Assembly: GCA_964016885.1 (NCBI GenBank)
Contig: OZ024742.1
Coordinates: forward strand, 13,888,001-13,952,000
Direction of reading: 5' to 3'
From: Eledone cirrhosa
Taxonomy: Eukaryota
Length of the DNA stretch: 64,000 nt
Below the pieces are notes generated by a model. The model searched no databases and had not been told where the DNA came from. It worked only from the letters and a program-made list of their open reading frames with translations. Both the position numbers and the translations under genes were made by a program. Positions 27,950 to 42,900 of the stretch are shown here, one piece after another. Each line of letters begins with the position of its first letter. The stretch's first letter is position 1.

Positions 27950-29460
27950 CCTAGAAGTGACCACCTGACCTAGTCTAGCCTCAATGTGAGACCTAACCCT
28001 AGAAGTGACCACCTGACCTACTGTAAACTCAATGTGAGACCTATCCTAAGAAGTGACCACCTGACCTAGTCTAGCCTCAATGTGAGACCATCTAACCCAA
28101 GAAGTGACCACCTGACCTAGTGTAACCTCAATGTGAGACCTAACACTAGCAGTGACCACCTGACCTAGTCTAGCCTCCAATGTGAGACCTAACCCTAGAA
28201 GTGACCACCTGACCTAGTCTAGCCTCAATGTAGACCTAACCCTAGAAGTGACCACCTGACCTAGTCTAGCCTCAATGTGAGACCTAACCATAGAAGTGAC
28301 CACCTGACCTAGTCTAGCCTCAATGTGAGACCTAAGCCTAGAACTGACCACTTGACCTAGTCTAGCCTCAATGTGAGACCTAGCCCTGGAAGTGACCACC
28401 TGACCTAGTCTAGCCTCAATGTTAGACTATCTAACCCTAGAAGTGACCAGCTGACCTAGTCTAGCCTCAATGTGAGACTTCTAACCCTAGAAGTGACCAC
28501 CTGACCTAGTCTAGCCTCAATGTGAGACTAACCCAAGAAGTGACAACCTGACCTAGTCTAGCCTCAATGTGAGACTAGCTAACCCAAGAAGTAACCACCT
28601 GATGTAGTGTAACCTCAATGTGAGACCTAACCCTAGAAGTGACCACCTGACCTAGTCTAGCCTCAATCTGAGACCTAACCCTATAAGTGACCACCTGACC
28701 TAGTCTAGCCTCAATGTGAGACCTAGCCCTAGAAGTGACCACCTGACCTAGTCTAGCCTCAATGTGAGACCTAACCCTAGAAGTGACCACCTGACCTACT
28801 GTAAACTCAATGTGAGACCTATCCTAAGAAGTGACCACCTGACCTAGTCTAGCCTCAATGTGAGACCATCTAACCCAAGAAGTGACCACCTGACCTAGTG
28901 TAACCTCAATGTGAGACCTAACACTAGCAGTGACCACCTGACCTAGTCTAGCCTCCAATGTGAGACCTTCTTACCCTAGAAGTGACCACCTGACCTAGTC
29001 TAGCCTCAATGTAGACCTAACCCTAGAAGTGACCACCTGACCTAGTCTAGCCTCAATGTGAGACCTAACCATAGAAGTGACCACCTGACCTAGTCTAGCC
29101 TCAATGTGAGACCTAAGCCAAGAACTGACCACTTGACCTAGTCTAGCCTCAATGTGAGACCTAGCCCTGGAAGTGACCACCTGACCTAGTCTAGCCTCAA
29201 TGTTAGACTATCTAACCCTAGAAGTGACCAGCTGACCTAGTCTAGCCTCAATGTGAGACTTCTAACCCTAGAAGTGACCACCTGACCTAGTCTAGCCTCA
29301 ATGTGAGACTAACCCAAGAAGTGACAACCTGACCTAGTCTAGCCTCAATGTGAGACTAGCTAACCCAAGAAGTAACCACCTGATGTAGTGTAACCTCAAT
29401 GTGAGACCTAACCCTAGAAGTGACCACCTGACCTAGTCTAGCCTCAATCTGAGACCTAAC
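27950..29460. repeat. Local tandem duplication of ~16 monomers (778/781-bp period)
   Basis: Private variants CCTACTGTAAAC/CTATCCTAAG (~28020, ~28800), AACACTAGCAG (~28142, ~28920) and AATGTAGACC (~28227, ~29008) each occur twice. ORFs 28214/28995 differ by 781. Confidence 0.85.
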
Positions 29461-32400
29461 CCATGAAGTGACCACCTGACCTAGTGTAACCTCAATCTGA
29501 GACCTAACCCTAGTAGTGACCACCTGACCTAGTTTAGCCTCAATGTGACACCTTCAAACCCTAGAAGTGACCACCTGACCTACTTTAGCCTCAATGTGAG
29601 ACCGTCTAACCCTAGAAGTGACCACCTGACCTAGTCTAGTCTCAATGTGAGACCTGACCTAGTCTAGCCTCAATGTGAGACTTCTAACCCTAGAAGTGAC
29701 AACCTGACCTAGTGTAAACCGAATGTGAAACCTAACCCAAGAAGTGACCACCTGACCTAGTCTAGCCTGAATATGAGACGATCTAACCCAAGTGACCACC
29801 TGACCTAGTGTAACCTCAATGAGACCTAACCCTAGAAGTGACCATCTGACCTAGTCTAGCCTCAATGAAACCTAACCCTAGAAGTGACCACCTGACCTCG
29901 TCTATCCATAATGTGAGACTATCTAACCCAAGAAGTGACCACCTGACCTAGTCTAGCCTCAATGTGAGATGATCTAACCTAAGAAGTGACCACCTGACCT
30001 AGTGTAACCTCAATGAGACCTAACCCTAGAATTGACCACCTGACCTAGTCTAGCCTCAATGTGAGATCTAACCTTAGCAGTGACCACCTGACCTAGTCTA
30101 GCCTCAATGTGAGACCTAACCCTAGAAGTGACCACCTGACCTAGTCTAGCTTCAATGTGAGACCTAACCCTAGAAGTGACCACCTGACTTAGTCTAGCCT
30201 CAATGTGAGACCTAACCCTAGAAGTGACCACCTGACCTAGTCTAGCCTCAATGTGAGACTATCTAACCCAAGAAGTGACCACCTGACCTAGTCTAGCCTC
30301 AATTTGAGACTAGCTAACCCAAGAAGTGACCACCTGACGTAGTGTAACCTCAATGTGAGACCTAACCCTAGAAGTGACCACCTGACCTAGTCTAGCCTCA
30401 ATCTGAGACCTAACCCTAGAAGTGACTACCTGACCTAGTTTAGCCTCAATGTGACACCTTCAAGCCCTAGAAGTAACCACCTGACCTACTTTAGCCTCAA
30501 TGTGAGACCATCTAACCCTAGAAGTGACCACCTGACCTAGTCTAGGTTCGATGTGAGACCTAACCCTAGAAGTGACCACCTGACCTAGTCTAGCCTCCAA
30601 TGTGAGACCTAACCCTAGAAGTGACCACCTGACCTAGTCTAGCCTCAATGTGAGACCTAACCCTAGAAGTGACCACCTGACCTAGTCTAGCCTTAATATG
30701 AGACCTAACCCTAGAAGTGACCACCTGACCTAGTCTAGTTTCAATGTGAGACCTAACCCTAAAAGTGACCACCTGACCTAGTCTAGCCTCAATGTGAGAC
30801 CATCTAACCCTAGAAGTGACCACCTTACCTAGTCTAGTCTCAATGTGAGACCTAACCCTAGAAGTAACCACCTGACCTACTCTAGCCTCAATGTGAGACT
30901 TCTAACCCTAGAAGTGACAACCTGACCTAGTGTAATCTTAATGTGAAACCTAACCCAAGAAGTGACCACCTTACCTAGTCTAGCCTCAATGTGAGACGAT
31001 CTAACCCAAGAAGTGACCACCTGACCTAGTGTAACCTCAATGAGACCTTCTAACCCTAGAAGTGACCATCTGACCTAGTCTAGCCTCAATGTGAGACCTA
31101 ACCCTAGAAGTGACCACCTGACCTCGTCTATCCATAATGTGAGACTATCTAACCCAAGAAGTGACCACCTGACCTAGTCTAGCCTCAAGTGACCACCTGA
31201 CCTAGTGTCACCTCAATGTGAGACCCTCTAACCCTAGAAGAGACCACCTTACCTAGTCTAGCCTCAATGTGAGACCTAACCCTAGAAGTGACCACCTGAC
31301 CTAGTCTAGCCTCAATGTGAGACCTAACCCTAGAAGTGACCACCTGACCTAGTCTAGCCTCAATGTGAGACCTAACCATAGAAGTGACCACCTGACCTAG
31401 TCTAGCCTCAATGTGAGACGATCTAACCGAAGAAGTGACCACCTGACCTAGTGTAACCTCAATGAGACCTAACCCTAGAAGTGACCACCTGACCTAGTCT
31501 AGCCTCAATGTGAGATCTAACCCTTGAAGTGACCACCTGACCTAGTCTAGCCTCATTGTGAGACCTAATCCAAGAACTGACCACCTGACCTAGTCTAACC
31601 TCAATGTGAGACCTAACCTTAGCAGTGACCCCCTGACCTAGTCTAGCCTCAATGTGAGACCTAACCCTAGAAGTGACCACCTGGCCTAGTCTAGCTTCAA
31701 TGTGAGACCTAACCCTAGAAGTGACCACTTGACTTAGTCTAGCCTCAATGTGAGACCTAACCCTAGAAGTCACCACCTGACCTAGTCTAGCCTCAATGTG
31801 AGACTATCTAACCCAAGAAGTGACCACCTGACCTAGTCTAGCCTCAATTTGAGACTAGCTAACCCAAGAACTGACCACCTGACGTAGTGTAACCTCAATG
31901 TGAGACCTAACCCTAGAAGTGACCACCTGACCTAGTCTAGCCTCAATCTGAGACCTAACCCAAGAAGTGAGCACCTGACCTAGTGTAACCTCAATTTGAG
32001 ACCTAACCCTAGAAGTGACCACCTGACCTAGTTTAGCCTCAATGTGACACCTTCAAGCCCTAGAAGTGACCACCTGACCTAGTCTAGCCTCCAATGTGAG
32101 ACCTTCTAACCCTAGAAGTGACCACCTGACCTAGTCTAGCCTCAATGTGAGACCTAACCCTAGAAGTGACCACCTGACCTAGTCTAGCCTTAATATGAGA
32201 CCTAACCCTAGAAGTGACCACCTGACCTAGTCTAGTTTCAATGTGAGACCTAACCCTAAAAGTGACCACCTGACCTAGTCTAGCCTCAATGTGAGACCAT
32301 CTAACCCTAGAATTGACCACCTTACCTAGTCTAGTCTCAATGTGAGACCTAACCCTAGAAGTAACCACCTGACCTACTCTAGCCTCAATGTGAGACTTCT

Positions 32401-35400
32401 AACCCTAGAAGTGACAACCTGACCTAGTGTAATCTTAATGTGAAACCTAACCCAAGAAGTGACCACCTTACCTAGTCTAGCCTCAATGTGAGACGATCTA
32501 ACCCAAGAAGTGACCACCTGACCTAGTGTAACCTCAATGAGACCTAACCATAGAAGTGACCATCTGACCTAGTCTAGCCTCAATGTGAGACCTAACCCTA
32601 GAAGTGACCACCTGACCTCGTCTATCCATAATGTGAGACTATCTAACCCAAGAAGTGACCACCTGACCTAGTCTAGCCTCAATGTGAGACTTCTAACCTA
32701 AGAAGTGACCACCTGACCTAGTGTAACCTCAATGTGAGACCCTCTAACCCTAGAAGAGACCACCTTACCTAGTCTAGCCTCAATGTGAGACCTAACCCTA
32801 GAAGTGACCACCTGACCTAGTCTAGCCTCAATGTGAGACCTAACCCTAGAAGTGACCACCTGACCTAGTCTAGCCTCAATGTGAGACCTAACCATAGAAG
32901 TGACCACCTGACCTAGTCTAGCTTCAATGTGAGACGATCTAACCGAAGAAGTGACCACCTGACCTAGTGTAACCTCAATGAGACCTAACCCTAGAAGTGA
33001 CCACCTGACCTAGTCTAGCCTCAATGTGAGATCTAACCCTTGAAGTGACCACCTGACCTAGTCTAGCCTCATTGTGAGACCTAATCCAAGAAGTGACCAC
33101 CTGACCTAGTCTAACCTCAATGTGAGACCTAACCTTAGCAGTGACCCCCTGACCTAGTCTAGCCTCAATGTGAGACCTAACCCTAGAAGTGACCACCTGG
33201 CCTAGTCTAGCTTCAATGTGAGTCCTAACCCTAGAAGTGACCACTTGACTTAGTCTAGCCTCAATGTGAGACCAACCCTAGAAGTCACCACCTGACCTAG
33301 TCTAGCCTCAATGTGAGACTATCTAACCCAAGAAGTGACCACCTGACCTAGTCTAGCCTCAATTTGAGACTAGCTAACCCAAGAAGTGACCACCTGACGT
33401 AGTGTAACCTCAATGTGAGACCTAACCCTAGAAGTGACCACCTGACCTAGTCTAGCCTCAATCTGAGACCTAACCCAAGAAGTGAGCACCTGACCTAGTG
33501 TAACCACAATTTGAGACCTAACCCTAGAAGTGACCACCTGACCTAGTTTAGCCTCAATGTGACACCTTCAAGCCCTAGAAGTGACCACCTGACCTAGTCT
33601 AGCCTCCAATGTGAGACCTAACCCTAGAAGTGACCACCTGACCTAGTCTAGCCTCAATGTGAGACCTAACCCTAGAAGTGACCACCTGACCTAGTCTAGC
33701 CTTAATATGAGACCTAACCCTAGAAGTGACCACCTGACCTAGTCTAGCTTCAATGTGAGACCTAACCCTAGAAGTGACCACTTGACTTAGTCTAGCCTCA
33801 ATGTGAGACCTAAGCCTAGAAGTCACCACCTGACCTAGTCTAGCCTCAATGTGAGACTATCTAACCCAAGAAGTGACCACCTGACCTAGTCTAGCCTTAA
33901 TGTGAGACCATCTAACCCTAGAAGTGACCACCTTACCTAGTCTAGTCTCAATGTGAGACCTAACCCTAGAAGTGACCACCTGACCTAGTCTAGCCTCAAT
34001 GTGAGACTTCTAACCCTAGAAGTGACAACCTGACCTAGTGTAAACTCAATGTGAAACCTAACCCAAGAAGTGACCACCTGACCTAGTCTAGCCTCAATGT
34101 GAGACGATCTAACCCAAGAAGTGACCACCTGACCTAGTCTAGCCTCAATGTGAGACCTAACCATAGAAGTGACCACCTGACCTAGTCTAGCCTCAATGTG
34201 AGACCTAAGCCTAGAACTGACCACTTGACCTAGTCTAGCCTCAATGTGAGACCTAGCCCTGGAAGTGACCACCTGACCTAGTCTAGCCTCAATGTTAGAC
34301 TATCTAACCCTAGAAGTGACCAGCTGACCTAGTCTAGCCTCAATGTGAGACTTCTAACCCTAGAAGTGACCACCTGACCTAGTCTAGCCTCAATGTGAGA
34401 CTAACCCAAGAAGTGACAACCTGACCTAGTCTAGCCTCAATGTGAGACTAGCTAACCCAAGAAGTAACCACCTGATGTAGTGTAACCTCAATGTGAGACC
34501 TAACCCTAGAAGTGACCACCTGACCTAGTCTAGCCTCAATCTGAGACCTAACCCATGAAGTGACCACCTGACCTAGTGTAACCTCAATCTGAGACCTAAC
34601 CCTAGTAGTGACCACCTGACCTAGTTTAGCCTCAATGTGACACCTTCAAACCCTAGAAGTGACCACCTGACCTACTTTAGCCTCAATGTGAGACCGTCTA
34701 ACCCTAGAAGTGACCACCTGACCTAGTCTAGTCTCAATGTGAGACCTGACCTAGTCTAGCCTCAATGTGAGACTTCTAACCCTAGAAGTGACAACCTGAC
34801 CTAGTGTAAACCGAATGTGAAACCTAACCCAAGAAGTGACCACCTGACCTAGTCTAGCCTGAATATGAGACGATCTAACCCAAGTGACCACCTGACCTAG
34901 TGTAACCTCAATGAGACCTAACCCTAGAAGTGACCATCTGACCTAGTCTAGCCTCAATGAAACCTAACCCTAGAAGTGACCACCTGACCTCGTCTATCCA
35001 TAATGTGAGACTATCTAACCCAAGAAGTGACCACCTGACCTAGTCTAGCCTCAATGTGAGATGATCTAACCTAAGAAGTGACCACCTGACCTAGTGTAAC
35101 CTCAATGAGACCTAACCCTAGAATTGACCACCTGACCTAGTCTAGCCTCAATGTAAGATCTAACCTTAGCAGTGACCACCTGACCTAGTCTAGCCTCAAT
35201 GTGAGACCTAACCCTAGAAGTGACCACCTGACCTAGTCTAGCTTCAATGTGAGACCTAACCCTAGAAGTGACCACCTGACTTAGTCTAGCCTCAATGTGA
35301 GACCTAACCCTAGAAGTGACCACCTGACCTAGTCTAGCCTCAATGTGAGACTATCTAACCCAAGAAGTGACCACCTGACCTAGTCTAGCCTCAATTTGAG

Positions 35401-38400
35401 ACTAGCTAACCCAAGAAGTGACCACCTGACGTAGTGTAACCTCAATGTGAGACCTAACCCTAGAAGTGACCACCTGACCTAGTCTAGCCTCAATCTGAGA
35501 CCTAACCCTAGAAGTGACTACCTGACCTAGTTTAGCCTCAATGTGACACCTTCAAGCCCTAGAAGTAACCACCTGACCTACTTTAGCCTCAATGTGAGAC
35601 CATCTAACCCTAGAAGTGACCACCTGACCTAGTCTAGGTTCGATGTGAGACCTAACCCTAGAAGTGACCACCTGACCTAGTCTAGCCTCCAATGTGAGAC
35701 CTAACCCTAGAAGTGACCACCTGACCTAGTCTAGCCTCAATGTGAGACCTAACCCTAGAAGTGACCACCTGACCTAGTCTAGCCTTAATATGAGACCTAA
35801 CCCTAGAAGTGACCACCTGACCTAGTCTAGTTTCAATGTGAGACCTAACCCTAAAAGTGACCACCTGACCTAGTCTAGCCTCAATGTGAGACCATCTAAC
35901 CCTAGAAGTGACCACCTTACCTAGTCTAGTCTCAATGTGAGACCTAACCCTAGAAGTAACCACCTGACCTACTCTAGCCTCAATGTGAGACTTCTAACCC
36001 TAGAAGTGACAACCTGACCTAGTGTAATCTTAATGTGAAACCTAACCCAAGAAGTGACCACCTTACCTAGTCTAGCCTCAATGTGAGACGATCTAACCCA
36101 AGAAGTGACCACCTGACCTAGTGTAACCTCAATGAGACCTTCTAACCCTAGAAGTGACCATCTGACCTAGTCTAGCCTCAATGTGAGACCTAACCCTAGA
36201 AGTGACCACCTGACCTCGTCTATCCATAATGTGAGACTATCTAACCCAAGAAGTGACCACCTGACCTAGTCTAGCCTCAAGTGACCACCTGACCTAGTGT
36301 CACCTCAATGTGAGACCCTCTAACCCTAGAAGAGACCACCTTACCTAGTCTAGCCTCAATGTGAGACCTAACCCTAGAAGTGACCACCTGACCTAGTCTA
36401 GCCTCAATGTGAGACCTAACCCTAGAAGTGACCACCTGACCTAGTCTAGCCTCAATGTGAGACCTAACCATAGAAGTGACCACCTGACCTAGTCTAGCCT
36501 CAATGTGAGACGATCTAACCGAAGAAGTGACCACCTGACCTAGTGTAACCTCAATGAGACCTAACCCTAGAAGTGACCACCTGACCTAGTCTAGCCTCAA
36601 TGTGAGATCTAACCCTTGAAGTGACCACCTGACCTAGTCTAGCCTCATTGTGAGACCTAATCCAAGAACTGACCACCTGACCTAGTCTAACCTCAATGTG
36701 AGACCTAACCTTAGCAGTGACCCCCTGACCTAGTCTAGCCTCAATGTGAGACCTAACCCTAGAAGTGACCACCTGGCCTAGTCTAGCTTCAATGTGAGAC
36801 CTAACCCTAGAAGTGACCACTTGACTTAGTCTAGCCTCAATGTGAGACCTAACCCTAGAAGTCACCACCTGACCTAGTCTAGCCTCAATGTGAGACTATC
36901 TAACCCAAGAAGTGACCACCTGACCTAGTCTAGCCTCAATTTGAGACTAGCTAACCCAAGAACTGACCACCTGACGTAGTGTAACCTCAATGTGAGACCT
37001 AACCCTAGAAGTGACCACCTGACCTAGTCTAGCCTCAATCTGAGACCTAACCCAAGAAGTGAGCACCTGACCTAGTGTAACCTCAATTTGAGACCTAACC
37101 CTAGAAGTGACCACCTGACCTAGTTTAGCCTCAATGTGACACCTTCAAGCCCTAGAAGTGACCACCTGACCTAGTCTAGCCTCCAATGTGAGACCTTCTA
37201 ACCCTAGAAGTGACCACCTGACCTAGTCTAGCCTCAATGTGAGACCTAACCCTAGAAGTGACCACCTGACCTAGTCTAGCCTTAATATGAGACCTAACCC
37301 TAGAAGTGACCACCTGACCTAGTCTAGTTTCAATGTGAGACCTAACCCTAAAAGTGACCACCTGACCTAGTCTAGCCTCAATGTGAGACCATCTAACCCT
37401 AGAATTGACCACCTTACCTAGTCTAGTCTCAATGTGAGACCTAACCCTAGAAGTAACCACCTGACCTACTCTAGCCTCAATGTGAGACTTCTAACCCTAG
37501 AAGTGACAACCTGACCTAGTGTAATCTTAATGTGAAACCTAACCCAAGAAGTGACCACCTTACCTAGTCTAGCCTCAATGTGAGACGATCTAACCCAAGA
37601 AGTGACCACCTGACCTAGTGTAACCTCAATGAGACCTAACCATAGAAGTGACCATCTGACCTAGTCTAGCCTCAATGTGAGACCTAACCCTAGAAGTGAC
37701 CACCTGACCTCGTCTATCCATAATGTGAGACTATCTAACCCAAGAAGTGACCACCTGACCTAGTCTAGCCTCAATGTGAGACTTCTAACCTAAGAAGTGA
37801 CCACCTGACCTAGTGTAACCTCAATGTGAGACCCTCTAACCCTAGAAGAGACCACCTTACCTAGTCTAGCCTCAATGTGAGACCTAACCCTAGAAGTGAC
37901 CACCTGACCTAGTCTAGCCTCAATGTGAGACCTAACCCTAGAAGTGACCACCTGACCTAGTCTAGCCTCAATGTGAGACCTAACCATAGAAGTGACCACC
38001 TGACCTAGTCTAGCTTCAATGTGAGACGATCTAACCGAAGAAGTGACCACCTGACCTAGTGTAACCTCAATGAGACCTAACCCTAGAAGTGACCACCTGA
38101 CCTAGTCTAGCCTCAATGTGAGATCTAACCCTTGAAGTGACCACCTGACCTAGTCTAGCCTCATTGTGAGACCTAATCCAAGAAGTGACCACCTGACCTA
38201 GTCTAACCTCAATGTGAGACCTAACCTTAGCAGTGACCCCCTGACCTAGTCTAGCCTCAATGTGAGACCTAACCCTAGAAGTGACCACCTGGCCTAGTCT
38301 AGCTTCAATGTGAGACCTAACCCTAGAAGTGACCACTTGACTTAGTCTAGCCTCAATGTGAGACCAACCCTAGAAGTCACCACCTGACCTAGTCTAGCCT

Positions 38401-39235
38401 CAATGTGAGACTATCTAACCCAAGAAGTGACCACCTGACCTAGTCTAGCCTCAATTTGAGACTAGCTAACCCAAGAAGTGACCACCTGACGTAGTGTAAC
38501 CTCAATGTGAGACCTAACCCTAGAAGTGACCACCTGACCTAGTCTAGCCTCAATCTGAGACCTAACCCAAGAAGTGAGCACCTGACCTAGTGTAACCACA
38601 ATTTGAGACCTAACCCTAGAAGTGACCACCTGACCTAGTTTAGCCTCAATGTGACACCTTCAAGCCCTAGAAGTGACCACCTGACCTAGTCTAGCCTCCA
38701 ATGTGAGACCTAACCCTAGAAGTGACCACCTGACCTAGTCTAGCCTCAATGTGAGACCTAACCCTAGAAGTGACCACCTGACCTAGTCTAGCCTTAATAT
38801 GAGACCTAACCCTAGAAGTGACCACCTGACCTAGTCTAGCTTCAATGTGAGACCTAACCCTAGAAGTGACCACTTGACTTAGTCTAGCCTCAATGTGAGA
38901 CCTAAGCCTAGAAGTCACCACCTGACCTAGTCTAGCCTCAATGTGAGACTATCTAACCCAAGAAGTGACCACCTGACCTAGTCTAGCCTTAATGTGAGAC
39001 CATCTAACCCTAGAAGTGACCACCTTACCTAGTCTAGTCTCAATGTGAGACCTAACCCTAGAAGTGACCACCTGACCTAGTCTAGCCTCAATGTGAGACT
39101 TCTAACCCTAGAAGTGACAACCTGACCTAGTGTAAACTCAATGTGAAACCTAACCCAAGAAGTGACCACCTGACCTAGTCTAGCCTCAATGTGAGACGAT
39201 CTAACCCAAGAAGTGACCACCTGACCTAGTCTAGC
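29130..39235. repeat. HOR domain A again: two tandem copies of the 5092-bp unit
   Basis: ORF pairs 30010/35102, 30590/35682, 31185/36277 and 33599/38691 differ by 5092. The marker order is the same as in 1-12540. Confidence 0.94.
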
Positions 39236-39970
39236 TTCAATGTGAGACCTTCTAGCCCTGGAAGTGATCACCTGACCTAGTCTAGCCTCAATGTCAGACT
39301 ATCTAACCCTAGAAGTGACCACCTGACCTAGTCTAGCTTCAATGTGAGACCTAACCCTAGAAGTGACCACCTGACCTAGTCTAGCCTCAATGTGAGACTA
39401 TCTAACCCAACAAGTGACCACCTGACCTAGTCTAGCCTCATTTTGAGACTAGCTAACCCAAGAAGTGACCGCCTGACGTAGTGTAACATCAATGTGAGAC
39501 CTAACCCTAGAAGTGACCACCTGACCTAGTCTAGCCTCAATCTGAGACCTAACCCAAGAAGTGACCACCTGACCTAGTGTAACCTCAATCTGAGACCTAA
39601 CCCTAGAAGTGACCACCTGACCTAGTCTAGCCTCATTGTGAGACCTAATCCAAGAAGTGACCACCTGACCTAGTCTAAACTCAATGTGAGACCTAACCTT
39701 AGCAGTGACCACCTGACCTGGTCTAGCCTCAATGTGAGACCTAACCCTAGAAGTGACCACCTGACCTAGTCTAGCTTCAATGTGAGACCTAACCCTAGAA
39801 GTGACCACCTGACTTAGTCTAGCCTCAATGTGAGACCTAACCCTAGAAGTGACCACCTGACTTAGTCTAGCCTCAATATGAGACCTAACCCTAGAAGTGA
39901 CCACCTGACCTAGTCTAGCCTTAATTTGAGACTAGCTAACCCAAGAAGTGACCACCTGACGTAGTGTAAC

Positions 39971-42900
39971 CTCAATGTGAGACCTAACCCTAGAAGTGAC
40001 CACCTGACCTAGTCTAGCCTCAATCTGAGACCTAACCCAAGAAGTGACCACCTGACCTAGTGTAACCTCAATTTGAGACCTAACCCTAGAAGTGACCACC
40101 TGACCTACTTTAGCCTCAATGTGAGACCATCTAACCCTAGAAGTGACCACCTGACCTAGTCTAGGTTCGATGTGAGACCTAACCCTAGAAATGACCACCT
40201 GACCTAGTCTAGCCTCCAATGTGAGACCTAACCCTAGAAGTGACCACCTGACCTAGTCTAGTCTCAATGTGAGACCTAGCCCTAGAAGTGACCACCTGAC
40301 CTAGTCTAGCCTCAATGTGAGACTTCTAACCCTAGAAGTGACAACCTGACCTAGTGTAAACCGAATGTGAAACCTAACCCAAGAAGTGACCACCTGACCT
40401 AGTCTAGCCTGAATGTGAGACGATCTAACCCAAGAAGTGACCACCTGACCTAGTGTAACCTCAATGAGACCTAACCCTAGAACGGACCATCTGACCTAGT
40501 CTAGCCTCAATGTGAGACCTAACCCTAGAAGTGACCACCTGACCTCGTCTATCCATAATGTGAGACTATCTAACCCAAGAAGTGACCACCTGACCTAGTC
40601 TAGCCTCAATGTGAGATGATCTAACCTAAGAAGTGACCACCTGACCTAGTGTAACCTCAATGAGACCTAACCCTAGAAATGACCACCTGACCTAGTCTAG
40701 CCTCAATGTGAGACGATCTAACCGAAGAAGTGACCACCTGACCTAGTGTAACCTCAATGAGACCTAACCCTAGAAGTGACCACCTGACCTAGTCTAGCTT
40801 CAATGTGAGATCTAACCCTTGAAGTGATCACCTGACCTAGTCTAGCCTCATTGTGAGACCTAATCCAAGAAGTGACCACCTGACCTAGTCTAACCTCAAT
40901 GTGAGACCTAACCTTAGCAGTGACCACCTGACCTAGTCTAGCCTCAATGTGAGACTTAACCCTAGAAGTGACCACCTGACCTAGTCTAGCTTCAACGTGA
41001 GACCTAACCCTAGAAGTGACCACCTGACTTAGTCTAGCCTCAATGTGAGACCTAACCCTAGAAGTGACCACCTGACTTAGTCTAGCCTCAATGTGAGACC
41101 TAACCCTTGAAGTGACCACCTGACCTAGTCTAGCCTCAATGTGAGACTATCTAACCCAAGAAGTGACCACCTGACCTAGTCTAGCATCAATTTGAGACTA
41201 GCTAACCCAAGAAGTGACCACCTGACGTAGTGTAACCTCAATGTGAGACCTAACCCTAGTAGTGACCACCTGACCTAGTCTAGCCTCAATGTGAGACCTA
41301 ACCCTAAAAGTGACCACCTGACCTAGTCAAGCTTCAATGTGTGACCTAACCCTAGAAGTGACCACCTGACTTAGTCTAGCCTCAATGTGAGACCTAAACC
41401 TAGAAGTGACCACCTGACCTAGTCTAGCCTCAATGTGACACTATCTAACCCAAGAAGTGACCACCTGACCTAGTCTAGCCTCAATCTGAGACCTAACCCA
41501 AGAAGTGACCACCTGATCTAGTGTAACCTCAATCTGAGACCTAACCCTAGAAGTGACCACCTGACCTAGTTTAGCCTCAATGTGACACCTTCAAGCCCTA
41601 GAAGTGACCACCTGACCTACTTTAGCCTCAATGTGAGACCATCTAACCCTAGAAGTGACCACCTGACCTAGTTTATGTTCGATGTGAGACCTAACCCTAG
41701 AAGTGACCACCTGACCTAGTCTAGCCTCCAATGTGAGACCTTCTAACCCTAGAAGTGACCACCTGACCTAGTCTAGCCTCAATGTGAGACCTAACCCTAG
41801 AAGTGACCACCTGACCTAGTCTAGCCTCAATATGAGACCTAACCCTAGAAGTGACCACCTGACCTAATCTAGTTTCAATGTGAGACCTAACCCTAAAAGT
41901 GACCACCTGACCTAGTCTAGCCTCAATGTGAGACCATCTAACCCTAAAAGTGACCACCTTACCTAGTCTAGTCTCAATGTGAGACCTAACCCTAGAAGTG
42001 ACCACCTGACCTAGTCTAGCCTCAATCTGAGACCTAACCCAAGAAGTGACCACCTGACCTAGTGTAACCTCAATTTGAGACCTAACCCTAGAAGTGACCA
42101 CCTGACCTACTTTAGCCTCAATGTGAGACCATCTAACCCTAGAAGTGACCACCTGACCTAGTCTAGGTTCGATGTGAGACCTAACCCTAGAAATGACCAC
42201 CTGACCTAGTCTAGCCTCCAATGTGAGACCTAACCCTAGAAGTGACCACCTGACCTAGTCTAGTCTCAATGTGAGACCTAGCCCTAGAAGTGACCACCTG
42301 ACCTAGTCTAGCCTCAATGTGAGACTTCTAACCCTAGAAGTGACAACCTGACCTAGTGTAAACCGAATGTGAAACCTAACCCAAGAAGTGACCACCTGAC
42401 CTAGTCTAGCCTGAATGTGAGACGATCTAACCCAAGAAGTGACCACCTGACCTAGTGTAACCTCAATGAGACCTAACCCTAGAACGGACCATCTGACCTA
42501 GTCTAGCCTCAATGTGAGACCTAACCCTAGAAGTGACCACCTGACCTCGTCTATCCATAATGTGAGACTATCTAACCCAAGAAGTGACCACCTGACCTAG
42601 TCTAGCCTCAATGTGAGATGATCTAACCTAAGAAGTGACCACCTGACCTAGTGTAACCTCAATGAGACCTAACCCTAGAAATGACCACCTGACCTAGTCT
42701 AGCCTCAATGTGAGACGATCTAACCGAAGAAGTGACCACCTGACCTAGTGTAACCTCAATGAGACCTAACCCTAGAAGTGACCACCTGACCTAGTCTAGC
42801 TTCAATGTGAGATCTAACCCTTGAAGTGATCACCTGACCTAGTCTAGCCTCATTGTGAGACCTAATCCAAGAAGTGACCACCTGACCTAGTCTAACCTCA

